Sequence record: MN047793.1
Strand: one strand, 5' to 3'
Length of the DNA: 64,000 nucleotides
Both the position numbers and the translations under genes were made by a program. The number at the start of each line of letters is the position of its first letter. Position 1 is the stretch's first letter. This document shows positions 9,030 to 18,044 of this stretch, one piece after another. The notes under the pieces were generated by a model that had not been told where the DNA came from, did not search any database, and worked only from the letters and a program-made list of their open reading frames with translations.

Positions 9030-9416
9030 TTATGAAAAATGTGCAGCGCGCGCCATACGCGATTCACTTGCACGATTCCAGTATGTGTCTTTACAATTCG
9101 CCCGGCCCTTGTTAGAACAGAATGCCTGCTGATACGACTTCTTAACGAATGACTTGCCACACGCAGGACATGTGCAGGTTGCACCAGTCTTTGCAGCCTT
9201 GCTCGCCTCGTACACACTCAGGGCATGGATTTTGGCGATGGTTGCAGCAGCTGGACGTTGTGACGTTGGTCGTAGGGAATCCACCGACCGCGAAGTTAAT
9301 GAGCCACATCGGCCATAGACATAAACGAATTCACCCGGACCATCGTGAGAAAATTCGTCATCATCGTCCATATTGTCAGAAAAGGCTTGGCCTTCAGTTC
9401 CGTCCCACTCACGCAT
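9030..9416 (-). CDS. Zinc-finger-containing hypothetical protein
   Basis: CPACGKSF..FCSNKGRANC; AAGGAG RBS. Confidence 0.7.
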   Translation of the reverse strand: MREWDGTEGQAFSDNMDDDDEFSHDGPGEFVYVYGRCGSLTSRSVDSLRPTSQRPAAATIAKIHALSVYEASKAAKTGATCTCPACGKSFVKKSYQQAFCSNKGRANCKDTYWNRASESRMARAAHFS

Positions 9417-9437
9417 AACATTCTCCTTACATGTGTG

Positions 9438-9857
9438 TTACATCATAGATTGTGGCATTGCTTTTGTCAACAGCCGACTAACTGAAATCTTCTTGAACGA
9501 TGTTGCGTCAGCTGGTATAAACGCCACCTGTGTGCCCGACTTGCCAAACTTCACTAAGTCAGCATCAATCGTATAGGCATAGATGTGCATATTCATGCTT
9601 TGCAGCACTTCCACCGTCTCACGACTGGGGAACCAGTGACGAAGTTGACGGATACTTTCGGTCCCGCAGCAATATTGCCTATTCTTATTACCTAATCCTC
9701 CCATTTCTAGACCAACATCACGGCCAATCAGTGGATGATACTTAAGGTCAGGAATGGAAGATGTCAGCACCATACGAACCTCATCTGGTGTTGAGCCATC
9801 ACGAAACGGACCAACATTATTATCGTTTTGAACTCGATAGATGGTGATGGTGTTCAT
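9438..9857 (-). CDS. Hypothetical phage protein
   Basis: IYRVQN..GPF..CGTES..QLRHWF. Confidence 0.65.
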   Translation of the reverse strand: MNTITIYRVQNDNNVGPFRDGSTPDEVRMVLTSSIPDLKYHPLIGRDVGLEMGGLGNKNRQYCCGTESIRQLRHWFPSRETVEVLQSMNMHIYAYTIDADLVKFGKSGTQVAFIPADATSFKKISVSRLLTKAMPQSMM

Positions 9858-9984
9858 GATACATACTCGGTGGGTATGTGTGTAACTATACACTATAATT
9901 TTATGTTGTCAACTATTATTTTCATCTTGACAAATAAAAAAGCCCCAGCGATGCTAGGGCTTCTTACGCAATACCGGTATCGGT

Positions 9985-10257
9985 TTACTTGCGGGTGATG
10001 GCGAAGTTCAGCGGGCCGACCTTGCCCGACACGTCACTGGCGGTCTTGGGCAGCTTCAGGCCAGCACCGACCTTCAGCGAGGAACGCACACGGTCTGCGT
10101 TGATGCGAGCGGTGGCCTTGGGCGAACGATACAGACCATTACGCACCGGCTTGGCGAGCGATTCAGCCAGATTGTACGCGGCGGTCTTAACCACTTCCTT
10201 GGCAGCGGCGAACGAAGTGGTGTCGGTGGACTTGTTGTTGATGGTCACGTCGTACAT
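9985..10257 (-). CDS. Basic hypothetical protein
   Basis: AAGGA RBS, own promoter, downstream terminator. Confidence 0.7.
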   Translation of the reverse strand: MYDVTINNKSTDTTSFAAAKEVVKTAAYNLAESLAKPVRNGLYRSPKATARINADRVRSSLKVGAGLKLPKTASDVSGKVGPLNFAITRK

Positions 10258-10277
10258 GGGTGTATCCTTTGTTGGTT

Positions 10278-10317
10278 GGTGTGTGGTTAGTATACAGCGT
10301 TAAATCGTATTGTCAAC
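10278..10317 (-). promoter_or_regulatory. Shared early promoter cassette type C (second copy 16699-16738)
   Basis: 40-bp near-identical repeat containing TTGACA-16-TATACT. Confidence 0.75.
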
Positions 10318-10325
10318 TACTTTTT

Positions 10326-10520
10326 TCAAAAACTTCCTGCGTTTTCTGCAACGATTGTCTGCAACCGGGTCAAATATTCTTCAGCCAAGGCTTCTGCTTC
10401 AGCCTGACTCATTGCCTGACGGTAGTAATGCACTACCATCTGACGAATTGTTGGCTCAGGACCATCTTTGATAGGAACGCTAGGGAATTGAACCGAAACA
10501 TCGGCGAACGGGATAAACAT
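10326..10520 (-). CDS. Hypothetical protein
   Basis: 64-aa ORF. Confidence 0.6.
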   Translation of the reverse strand: MFIPFADVSVQFPSVPIKDGPEPTIRQMVVHYYRQAMSQAEAEALAEEYLTRLQTIVAENAGSF

Positions 10521-10523
10521 GGT

Positions 10524-10616
10524 TTAGGCTTCCTCAATGGAGCCGAATTCTTCGTCATCACCAAAATACTGGTCAGCGAAGTCGTTGGCGTCAAAGCTGA
10601 ATTCATTCTCATCCAT
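10524..10616 (-). CDS. Highly acidic 30-aa micro-protein
   Basis: MDENEFSFDANDFADQYFGDDEEFGSIEEA; AAGGA RBS; promoter cassette upstream. Confidence 0.6.
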   Translation of the reverse strand: MDENEFSFDANDFADQYFGDDEEFGSIEEA

Positions 10617-10637
10617 GGTGCAGTTCCTTTGATTGGT

Positions 10638-10678
10638 GGTGTGAGTGCTATTCTACACGACTAAATTATAAAGTCAAC
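10638..10678 (-). promoter_or_regulatory. Shared early promoter cassette type A (copies 11107-11147, 14499-14539)
   Basis: 41-bp repeat TTGACT-16-TAGAAT followed by the CACTCACACC leader. Confidence 0.8.
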
Positions 10679-10682
10679 TGTT

Positions 10683-11087
10683 TTATTCAAAATAATTGCG
10701 CGAAAGTGAATGGGGACCAAATTCGATATCCGGGACAATCACGCGAGCCGCTGCATCTTCACCAAATGCATCATAAAGCCCCACACCGTGACCCATGGCC
10801 TGCATTGCCAGATAGTGGCCGAACATCGCAGCAGTCGGTTCACGGTCACCAGCAGCAACCTGTTGAATTTCGGTCAGCAATTCAACAGGTTGCTGCAAAT
10901 TCTTCTGAAAAATTGTATCAAGCAAATCATCGGCGGCAGCCAACGCTTCAGAATCAATTTCATCCGGAAGCTGATTCATAATCTCACCATGCATCGGCTG
11001 TTCAGCCTCATCCGCTTGATCCGCGAAAGCCGAACCAAAGAATGCCAGTGCAGCATGCTTACGAATTTCATCACGGATGGTATTCAT
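10683..11087 (-). CDS. Hypothetical protein
   Basis: 134-aa ORF behind a promoter cassette. Confidence 0.75.
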   Translation of the reverse strand: MNTIRDEIRKHAALAFFGSAFADQADEAEQPMHGEIMNQLPDEIDSEALAAADDLLDTIFQKNLQQPVELLTEIQQVAAGDREPTAAMFGHYLAMQAMGHGVGLYDAFGEDAAARVIVPDIEFGPHSLSRNYFE

Positions 11088-11142
11088 CGGTTCGGCCTTG
11101 TTAGTTGGTGTGAGTGCTATTCTACACGATTAAATTATAAAG

Positions 11143-11361
11143 TCAACCAATAATTCTAGTCGTATGTGAGAAATACGTCAGATAAATGGTGTCAAAATAG
11201 TCTTCCACTTCCTGTTCAGTTTTCAACGCAACGATTTCAGCGTACTGTTTATGGGTAGATGGTATGGTGACCATATCACCCGACACCATGCCGATACGAA
11301 CAGACCCATCATCACAATGCATGGTGAAGTAATCAGCACCACTTACAATCATTTTCGACAT
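11143..11361 (-). CDS. Hypothetical protein
   Basis: 72-aa ORF, AGGA RBS. Confidence 0.65.
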   Translation of the reverse strand: MSKMIVSGADYFTMHCDDGSVRIGMVSGDMVTIPSTHKQYAEIVALKTEQEVEDYFDTIYLTYFSHTTRIIG

Positions 11362-11375
11362 AGTGTTATCCTGTA

Positions 11376-11618
11376 CTATCTGAGCGAGCCAATGCCATAC
11401 ATCTGAATGAAATTCGTCATCACGTCACGGTCATTCAGAATCTCATAATCCGTGAACGTATCGGCAAAACAGAACGTCAATTCCTTTTCACGATTCACAT
11501 GAATGGTGGAGGTGAATGCAACACGCTTAGACTCGGTTTCAGGTTCGTGAGTGATTTTGACCGTGTGCCAATGCATCAACTGAAACTTGCCGAGGTGGGT
11601 ATAGGTGTTGGTGCTCAT
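11376..11618 (-). CDS. Hypothetical protein
   Basis: 80-aa ORF ending in TAG. Confidence 0.65.
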   Translation of the reverse strand: MSTNTYTHLGKFQLMHWHTVKITHEPETESKRVAFTSTIHVNREKELTFCFADTFTDYEILNDRDVMTNFIQMYGIGSLR

Positions 11619-11685
11619 CGCGTCATTCCCTGTTGTGTGTGCTCATTATAGCTGATCGAAACGCAATGTCAACTATAATTTAGTG

Positions 11686-11773
11686 TTGACAGGACCTAAA
11701 TTATAGTGTAAAATGGATGGCAGGACGGGAGCATAGGCTAAGCCTAAAGAAAACCCCAGCTTGCGCTAGGGTC
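11686..11773 (+). repeat. Promoter/mini-RNA module copy 4
   Basis: TTGACA-17-TAAAAT GGATGGC AGGACGGGAGCATAGGCTAAGCCTA, then the hairpin. Confidence 0.85.
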
Positions 11774-11787
11774 TTCAGTGGGATAGA

Positions 11788-11961
11788 TTACTTTGCAGCC
11801 AATACGATGTCCATTATTTCATCGGAAGCAACATTTTGTGCAGATGCCGCCCCCTTTCTATATGCGTCTGCATGTTCGTGGTCATTCATGTCGGCTTGAG
11901 TACGCTTTTTGATAACCCATGCTTCCAGCATTTCAACGATTTGTTCAGCAGACAGATTCAT
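11788..11961 (-). CDS. Small hypothetical protein (57 aa)
   Basis: Hand-translated MNLSAEQIVEMLEAW... Confidence 0.55.
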   Translation of the reverse strand: MNLSAEQIVEMLEAWVIKKRTQADMNDHEHADAYRKGAASAQNVASDEIMDIVLAAK

Positions 11962-11995
11962 ATGATATTCCGGTATATGAGGAGAAGGAAACTAC

Positions 11996-12289
11996 TTAGA
12001 CGACAGGCTTGAGCGTTTCGCCTTCAGCAATCAGGCCGGCTTCCTGCATTTTGGTGAACAGGGATTGCAGTGCCGCGTTGCGAGCCTTGACGGTCATACG
12101 GCCCGGAATGTCTTCCTTCACTGTCCGATTGGAAAACATTTCAAACGTGAAGGATTGAAACTTGGAATCAACGTTTTCCAGTTCCCCCTCACATGCGAAG
12201 GCATAGCCCGGACGGCCTTGCGGCTTATAGGTGTAAAGGTTCCAATGCTTGTTCTCGGCAGTGGACTTGACGTACTGGGAATCGCTCAT
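11996..12289 (-). CDS. Hypothetical protein
   Basis: 97-aa ORF with own promoter. Confidence 0.7.
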   Translation of the reverse strand: MSDSQYVKSTAENKHWNLYTYKPQGRPGYAFACEGELENVDSKFQSFTFEMFSNRTVKEDIPGRMTVKARNAALQSLFTKMQEAGLIAEGETLKPVV

Positions 12290-12358
12290 TGTTGTGGCCT
12301 TGTTTGTTGTGGTGTGAGTTAATTATAGCAGGTTAAATCGTACTGTCAACACTTATTT

Positions 12359-12889
12359 TCAACGTATGCCGTAATCGTATGCGACCAATTTACCCTTGCG
12401 ATTGTAGCCGACTTGTGCACAATCGACATAACCCACCCAATCCGGTAGAACCTCATAAGGCTCATCCGTGGACTTCACTTGTTCCATGAACAGAATTGGA
12501 GTCTTTTCAAAGTAGGCCAGACGGGTTCTAGCATACTGTACGTTATCAGGGTTATAATCCGGTTCGTCTTCCTTTGCGTTGGAAATACTGCCCTCCCAAT
12601 CGTTATCTGCGTGACCATCCCAGCTAATAGGGAATTTGATAACGTATGGCCCCATCAATAGAACGACACGATTGCGACCATTCGTGACGCCTGAAGCACG
12701 CTTAAAATACTGAACGAATTTGCTTGCGACTTTGGGACCACAACACCCTTTAATAAACTCAACACATTTTTTCATAGTCTCCAGCGTATTGGATTCTACG
12801 GAGTACCATTCTCCAGAATCTGCACGGCCTTGCACCATGTAATGTTGAATCGGGAATTTGTATTGGCGACGGCAACCAATCTTGTGCAT
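12359..12889 (-). CDS. Putative protein-kinase-like (APH/STK fold) protein
   Basis: GRNRVVL..YVIKFP, NxWE, ILFMEQV, DCAQVGY..GKLVAYDYG (DFG-like DYG). Confidence 0.55.
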   Translation of the reverse strand: MHKIGCRRQYKFPIQHYMVQGRADSGEWYSVESNTLETMKKCVEFIKGCCGPKVASKFVQYFKRASGVTNGRNRVVLLMGPYVIKFPISWDGHADNDWEGSISNAKEDEPDYNPDNVQYARTRLAYFEKTPILFMEQVKSTDEPYEVLPDWVGYVDCAQVGYNRKGKLVAYDYGIR

Positions 12890-13127
12890 GGTCAATTCCT
12901 TAATGAACCGACTTAATCTTGCGGGTCGAATATCCACACGACATGGCAAAGGTTTTGGCTTCGCTGTAGCTGGTGAAATACTTCGTAAGTGTGGGACCGC
13001 AGACGATTTTGTACATGGCTGGCTCCGTTGGTATGTGTGTAGTATACACCATCAAAATCACTTGTCAATAAAAAATCCCACTATTTCTAGTGGGATTTTG
13101 TGTTAGTCTATTGGAATCCTGAACAGA

Positions 13128-13880
13128 TTAACCGTTCAGGATGTCGGCCGGAATCCCTGCGACATCTTCCGGCAAATACGACTTGCGGGAGACAATCAGA
13201 CGCTCAAAATTGTCTTCCTTCAGGGAAAGCGCCTTCAGGCTGACAGACTTGGAATTCAGGACCTTGGCGATGCAGTTAGACATGAGCACCGGGGCACCAG
13301 ACTTCACCACCTTATATTCACCCGGAACGCGAACAGTCTTGTTCAGTTCCAGAATGGTGACCATGATGCTATCCACGGTCGGCAGACCATCGGTCAACAC
13401 CGGTTCCTTATGTTCGCCCACCTTTTCCGTGACGTAATGCACCCGGATACCATCGGCCATCTTGGCATAGCAGCGGTCATGTGCGGCACGGTGTGCATCG
13501 CTGCGGTCGGTGCTGGTAAGGGTCTTAGTCATGCTGGCGACTTCTTCAGCCTTGCGAGTATTGAACAAGGCCATTGCTTCGACTTCGGACAGCTTAGACA
13601 GAATGGGGTCCTTTTCCACATGCTCGCGAATGTCCGAAAACTTGATGTCGGACAATGCAGCGACCTTGCGCTGATACAGGCGTTCGGTGCTGAAGCGAGT
13701 CAGAACCTGCATATCTTGCACCGGACTCTTACCGGCAACATAGCCGCTGGTCGGACGATAGCCGTAAACCGTGGCAATACCACCAGCACGGGCTTCAGTC
13801 AGCGAGGCGATGGCTTCAGCCTGCGATTCCGTGGCGCGAAACTTGGTGCCGTTCAGGTCGGTGAGGATGACAAATGACAT
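13128..13880 (-). CDS. Hypothetical protein (250 aa)
   Basis: Long ORF, AGGA RBS, terminator at ~13072-13100. Confidence 0.8.
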   Translation of the reverse strand: MSFVILTDLNGTKFRATESQAEAIASLTEARAGGIATVYGYRPTSGYVAGKSPVQDMQVLTRFSTERLYQRKVAALSDIKFSDIREHVEKDPILSKLSEVEAMALFNTRKAEEVASMTKTLTSTDRSDAHRAAHDRCYAKMADGIRVHYVTEKVGEHKEPVLTDGLPTVDSIMVTILELNKTVRVPGEYKVVKSGAPVLMSNCIAKVLNSKSVSLKALSLKEDNFERLIVSRKSYLPEDVAGIPADILNG

Positions 13881-13945
13881 TGCGATTCCTAGTTAGTGTG
13901 TATGGGTGTCATTATACAGGATAAAACGATGTTGTCAACACCTAA

Positions 13946-14092
13946 TTAGGTGAAATGCGTCACCAATCGATAGATTCCCCAAATGATAGTACCCACGAAG
14001 GCAATACCCAACACACCCACAAACAACATCCACAACACCATCAACAATTCAACGACGGTATAGCCTTTCTGATACTTACGCATGCTTTTCAT
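13946..14092 (-). CDS. Type IV pilin-like micro-protein with prepilin cleavage motif (48 aa)
   Basis: MKSMRKYQKG|YTVVELLMVLWMLFVGVLGIAFVGTIIWGIYRLVTHFT; AGGA RBS; basic leader, G-1, E+5, hydrophobic helix. Confidence 0.75.
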   Translation of the reverse strand: MKSMRKYQKGYTVVELLMVLWMLFVGVLGIAFVGTIIWGIYRLVTHFT

Positions 14093-14133
14093 GTATAGTT
14101 CCTAGTTAGTGAAAATTATTGTGTACCGGTGTG

Positions 14134-14481
14134 TTAATCAATCATGGTCGAAACTGTGCAAGGTATGCCAGCATCCTTAAGACTCATAGCCATCGCCGTT
14201 AGGCATCGTGCGGCATAATCCATGCTTTGGCTCATGCCTTCAGCATACATGAACGACGGCATACGGTATTGATAGCACTTTTCATAATCCGACCAACGAA
14301 AATCATGTGCCAATAGGGTTTTCGCTAGGGCACCATTCTTGCGAATTTTGATATTCAGCCGTGCGAACCCACACGGATACCAATGCGGTTCAGGCGTCAC
14401 GCTTTCCCTCACAAGACATCCCTTGGCATTGGTAAGATGTTCAGACAACGCTGCGGCAGTCATCGAGGCGGGGAAAGTCAT
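14134..14481 (-). CDS. Hypothetical protein
   Basis: 115-aa ORF behind promoter cassette A. Confidence 0.7.
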   Translation of the reverse strand: MTFPASMTAAALSEHLTNAKGCLVRESVTPEPHWYPCGFARLNIKIRKNGALAKTLLAHDFRWSDYEKCYQYRMPSFMYAEGMSQSMDYAARCLTAMAMSLKDAGIPCTVSTMID

Positions 14482-14541
14482 TGGATAATCTCTGTGTTGG
14501 TGTGAGTGCTATTCTACACGACTAAATTATAAAGTCAACCC

Positions 14542-14757
14542 TTAAATGGCCCAATTGAGGGCCGTAGAAAGGCATTCATTGGGCGTACCGCATTGCAGGT
14601 TACGAATGCACTTGTTCGTTTCGATGCTATATTCATCCAAGCCAGTGTAACCATTACGGCGGGTTTCCTTCAGATAGGTCGTACCACCACGCTCCTTCGC
14701 AATCTCATTGATGCCCTTCAGGTCGTGGTCCAGCATTTTGTTAGTGTAGCGTGCCAT
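14542..14757 (-). CDS. Hypothetical protein
   Basis: 71-aa ORF with own promoter. Confidence 0.65.
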   Translation of the reverse strand: MARYTNKMLDHDLKGINEIAKERGGTTYLKETRRNGYTGLDEYSIETNKCIRNLQCGTPNECLSTALNWAI

Positions 14758-14830
14758 CTGAATGCCCCTAATTGTCTTAGTGTGTGGGCATTATAACGCA
14801 TCAAAATCAAATGTCAACTATAATTTAGTG

Positions 14831-14924
14831 TTGACAGGGCCTAAATTATAGTGTAAAATGGATGGCAGGACGGGAGCATAAGCTAAGCCCAAAAGAAAAC
14901 CCCCAGCCTTGCGACCAGGGGTTT
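14831..14924 (+). repeat. Promoter/mini-RNA module copy 5
   Basis: TTGACA-17-TAAAAT GGATGGC AGGACGGGAGCATAAGCTAAGCC. Confidence 0.85.
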
Positions 14925-15026
14925 AAAAGGATTCGCCGTATGTCCCAACTAATTTAGCTATGATTGTTGGCGGGTTCAACCTGACGCCATAATGTCACAA
15001 GCTAAACCATTTGTCAATAGACGTTG

Positions 15027-15356
15027 TTAGCGATAAAGTCCGTTACCATACATATCGCAGGGCTTACCCTTGCCAACGTCGCACCCATCATTCCAAATGG
15101 AACCACGGACTCCCTTAGTGGGTGACTTCCAGCTTGCAGCCTTACGAATTGACCCATCGGTCAGGTCCACGAAGCAATAGACCGACCTAGAACCGCCAGT
15201 TTCGACCACGATGCGTGCATACTTTTGGCCGTATTCCACCGTGAACGGCTTCACATAATTGGGGGTATTCAGGTGCGCCAGCGCAATGCTGTACATTTTG
15301 AACAGCGCTTCCAGAAACTCATTGATGCGGTTTTCTATTCCGGGCTGACGTGCCAT
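15027..15356 (-). CDS. Conserved phage hypothetical protein
   Basis: KYARIV..SVYCFVD..G.I.KAASWKSP motif. Confidence 0.75.
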   Translation of the reverse strand: MARQPGIENRINEFLEALFKMYSIALAHLNTPNYVKPFTVEYGQKYARIVVETGGSRSVYCFVDLTDGSIRKAASWKSPTKGVRGSIWNDGCDVGKGKPCDMYGNGLYR

Positions 15357-15387
15357 GATATGTGTCCTAAGCAGTTTAATGGTTGGA

Positions 15388-15693
15388 TTACGCCGCTGCG
15401 TTAATTCGGTTAGATATCGTTTGCAAGTCCGTCAAATGTTCAACAGACTTCATATTGTCAGGAGTGCCATGATATACGATGCTGTAACCGATATAGCCGC
15501 GCTTCTTACATTCGTCAGCGGCAATAGCTTTCCAAGTGAAATAACTCTGGCGTGCATCCAGAATGACCACGCTGCGGTCACCAGTGGCATGGATGGGCTT
15601 GCGTTCCCCAAACTGGGGCGGGATAGAACCTTCGACATAGCCGGTGGACAACTGCCAAAATTGAACGTAGGCTTTGACGGTACGAAGGTTCAT
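15388..15693 (-). CDS. Hypothetical protein
   Basis: 101-aa ORF behind promoter cassette B. Confidence 0.7.
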   Translation of the reverse strand: MNLRTVKAYVQFWQLSTGYVEGSIPPQFGERKPIHATGDRSVVILDARQSYFTWKAIAADECKKRGYIGYSIVYHGTPDNMKSVEHLTDLQTISNRINAAA

Positions 15694-15709
15694 GGCATGT
15701 TTCCGTTGT

Positions 15710-15750
15710 GGTGTGTGGTCAGTATACAGGACTAAATTATAAAGTCAACT
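15710..15750 (-). promoter_or_regulatory. Shared early promoter cassette type B (identical copy 15941-15981)
   Basis: 41-bp direct repeat containing TTGACT-16-TATACT. Confidence 0.8.
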
Positions 15751-15984
15751 TAAAAAGTTGTCGTGGTTACATTTACATTTTCTTCACAATCCTGACAAAA
15801 TGTGTCGTCGTATACTTCACCCGTTCGCACCCATTCCTGTTTAGTGACATCCCACATGCATGGTGCATCGCTAACCAAATTTACGCCATTACATTGCGCA
15901 CAATGAAAAATGATGTTGTTCATGGGCTTTATTCCGTGTTGGTGTGTGGTCAGTATACAGGACTAAATTATAAAGTCAACTGTT

Positions 15985-16257
15985 TTAGTGAAATTTTGCC
16001 TCACGTGCTTTAACCAATGCACGGCGGTCGGCCTTAATTTCAGCCTTGAATTTACGGTTGAATTCCCCATTGAACTCGCGTAGCTTTTTGAATGCCAAGT
16101 CAAACACATACTTAGCAAACTTGAATTCTGGCGTGGCCTTCACATGGTCAGGAGTCAACCCCATGGGACCCTTGGGGAACTTTTGCAGTTCCGCACTCAA
16201 CGTGTCCACCATCAATTCCAATGACTTTTTGTGTGCCTTGGATTCTTCGTAGTTCAT
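15985..16257 (-). CDS. Hypothetical protein
   Basis: 90-aa ORF, GPMGLTPD motif. Confidence 0.7.
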   Translation of the reverse strand: MNYEESKAHKKSLELMVDTLSAELQKFPKGPMGLTPDHVKATPEFKFAKYVFDLAFKKLREFNGEFNRKFKAEIKADRRALVKAREAKFH

Positions 16258-16260
16258 GGC

Positions 16261-16449
16261 TTATGCCCTAGCGTTAATGATATTGAGTGCGTCGGCGAAA
16301 ACTTCGCTTGCCATGTCCCGGCTAAGCCATTGCGCAGAAGTGCCCAATTCAACTGCCGCTTCTGCAATCAAGGTATCTGCATCCATTTCGTTCGTGGTGT
16401 GTGCAATGATTTCCTGCATCGTTTCACGCCATGCCCGATTGCTTGCCAT
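16261..16449 (-). CDS. Hypothetical protein
   Basis: AGGA RBS before MASNRAW. Confidence 0.6.
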   Translation of the reverse strand: MASNRAWRETMQEIIAHTTNEMDADTLIAEAAVELGTSAQWLSRDMASEVFADALNIINARA

Positions 16450-16508
16450 GATTGCGTTCCTGTGTGGTGTGTGTAAATTATAACTCACTTCTGAAGATGC
16501 TGCAACTA

Positions 16509-16682
16509 TTATTTGCGGGTCCAGTTGTGATATTGTGCGTCCGTAATCTCACCACTACGGTGCAGGCTGTCCGTCCAGTCATTGAATGCCGTATTGAGGG
16601 CGATGGTGTCGTTCCCATACTGCTTAATCACGGCCGGCTTGATATTTTCGTTGAAATTCTTACGGGCTTCGCGAAGGGTCAT
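16509..16682 (-). CDS. Small hypothetical protein (57 aa)
   Basis: Hand-translated MTLREARKNF..AFNDWTDSLHRSGEIT..QYHNW. Confidence 0.65.
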   Translation of the reverse strand: MTLREARKNFNENIKPAVIKQYGNDTIALNTAFNDWTDSLHRSGEITDAQYHNWTRK

Positions 16683-16777
16683 GATGGTATTCCGTGTTGG
16701 TGTGTGGTCAGTATACAGCGTTAAATCGTATTGTCAACACCTACAGGCATAAAAAATGGGCCTTTCGGCCCACTTTC

Positions 16778-17143
16778 TTACTTGAGAGAATCCAGCAGAT
16801 TCCGGGATTCATCAATCCGCCGATTCCAGTATTCCACGTCAGTGATGACCGACAACACTTCACCAGTCGGGCAATAATCAGCATTGAACTCCGCCGCCAA
16901 TTTCTCGGCATCTTCTTTGGTGAACAGCATTGGGGTATTGGTAATACCAACAGCCCAGCGGTTCACACCCTTGGGACGGTGCACAATCCGTGCGACATTC
17001 AGCGAGGACACCACCACAAAACTTTCGGCCTTCAGTACGTTAGCCGTACGCTGCAAGTATTCCATGCCCATACGAATGACGTTGTTGCATTCATCGGCAA
17101 CAACCTTGCGGGCTTCTTCGATTTGGCTGGCGGTGTAGGTCAT
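16778..17143 (-). CDS. Hypothetical protein
   Basis: 121-aa ORF with promoter and terminator. Confidence 0.7.
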   Translation of the reverse strand: MTYTASQIEEARKVVADECNNVIRMGMEYLQRTANVLKAESFVVVSSLNVARIVHRPKGVNRWAVGITNTPMLFTKEDAEKLAAEFNADYCPTGEVLSVITDVEYWNRRIDESRNLLDSLK

Positions 17144-17214
17144 GATGGTGTCTCGTTGGTGGTGTGAGTGCTATTCTACAGCATCCACACCACTTGTCAA
17201 CATGTTTTGAGGAA

Positions 17215-17469
17215 TTATTTTTTGGATTTACGTTCAGTCATTGCGATATACTTCGTGACAATATCCCGCAAATTCTTGTTATTCAACAGGTGGTCTAGCA
17301 ATTCGTGAATCGGAATCACGTATTCCGTTCCGTCCCTGTAGCCGTCCTCGCTCAGGACCTTTTCCAGAGTCGTGCGAGCTAGGATGTATTCTTCATACAC
17401 GACAGCTTCATCACGGGTATGGAATTCCGTACCATCGTGTGCCACCCATTTTTCAACGGCCCTAACCAT
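17215..17469 (-). CDS. Hypothetical protein
   Basis: 84-aa ORF coupled to the upstream gene. Confidence 0.65.
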   Translation of the reverse strand: MVRAVEKWVAHDGTEFHTRDEAVVYEEYILARTTLEKVLSEDGYRDGTEYVIPIHELLDHLLNNKNLRDIVTKYIAMTERKSKK

Positions 17470-17855
17470 TAGCGTAGCCCCAGTGCGAGAAATTTAGTAC
17501 CATTCTTCTTAAACCATTCCACCAGCTTGATAGCGCAGGCCATTTCAGTCGTCCCCTTAATCTTGCGGAACGTAACCCCCGCATTCTTCAGCGGACGGCC
17601 ATGCGACGTGGGCGCATCAATGTAATAACTACCATTGGAGCGGTCTTTATCGATACTGAACATCATGAACGCCGGGTCATTTTCCAGAATGCCACTCTGG
17701 CAGTCGTCTTTACTCGCCGCATTGGTGTAGTACAGATAGACATTGGTTTCACCAATGATATTACGGGTCAGCGGACGAATTCCCGAAGTCGGGAAAATCT
17801 TACGCAGTTCCGTGGCGAGGAAGTTGATAACGTCGGTTTGTGCTTGGGTTTCCAT
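17469..17855 (-). CDS. Hypothetical protein
   Basis: GAGG RBS before METQAQ. Confidence 0.65.
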   Translation of the reverse strand: METQAQTDVINFLATELRKIFPTSGIRPLTRNIIGETNVYLYYTNAASKDDCQSGILENDPAFMMFSIDKDRSNGSYYIDAPTSHGRPLKNAGVTFRKIKGTTEMACAIKLVEWFKKNGTKFLALGLR

Positions 17856-18044
17856 GTTAGCGCTTAGCCTCGAAATCCTGCTGCACCTTTTCGTCGCGAC
17901 GTGTCGGCCCATGAGCTTGACGGCTGGGGATGAATCCGAACATGATGGCGAGGTTACGGAGAAAGGTGCGCATGTGGATGTTTCCGTGTTGGTGTGTGGT
18001 CAGTATACAGCTATTTTTCGTACTGTCAACGTCTTTTTTCAAAA

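Noticed and set aside
204-14924. CRISPR or mini-CRISPR array interpretation of the repeated module
   Set aside because: Copies are kilobases apart, separated by genes, built on promoter boxes, and no cas genes are present.
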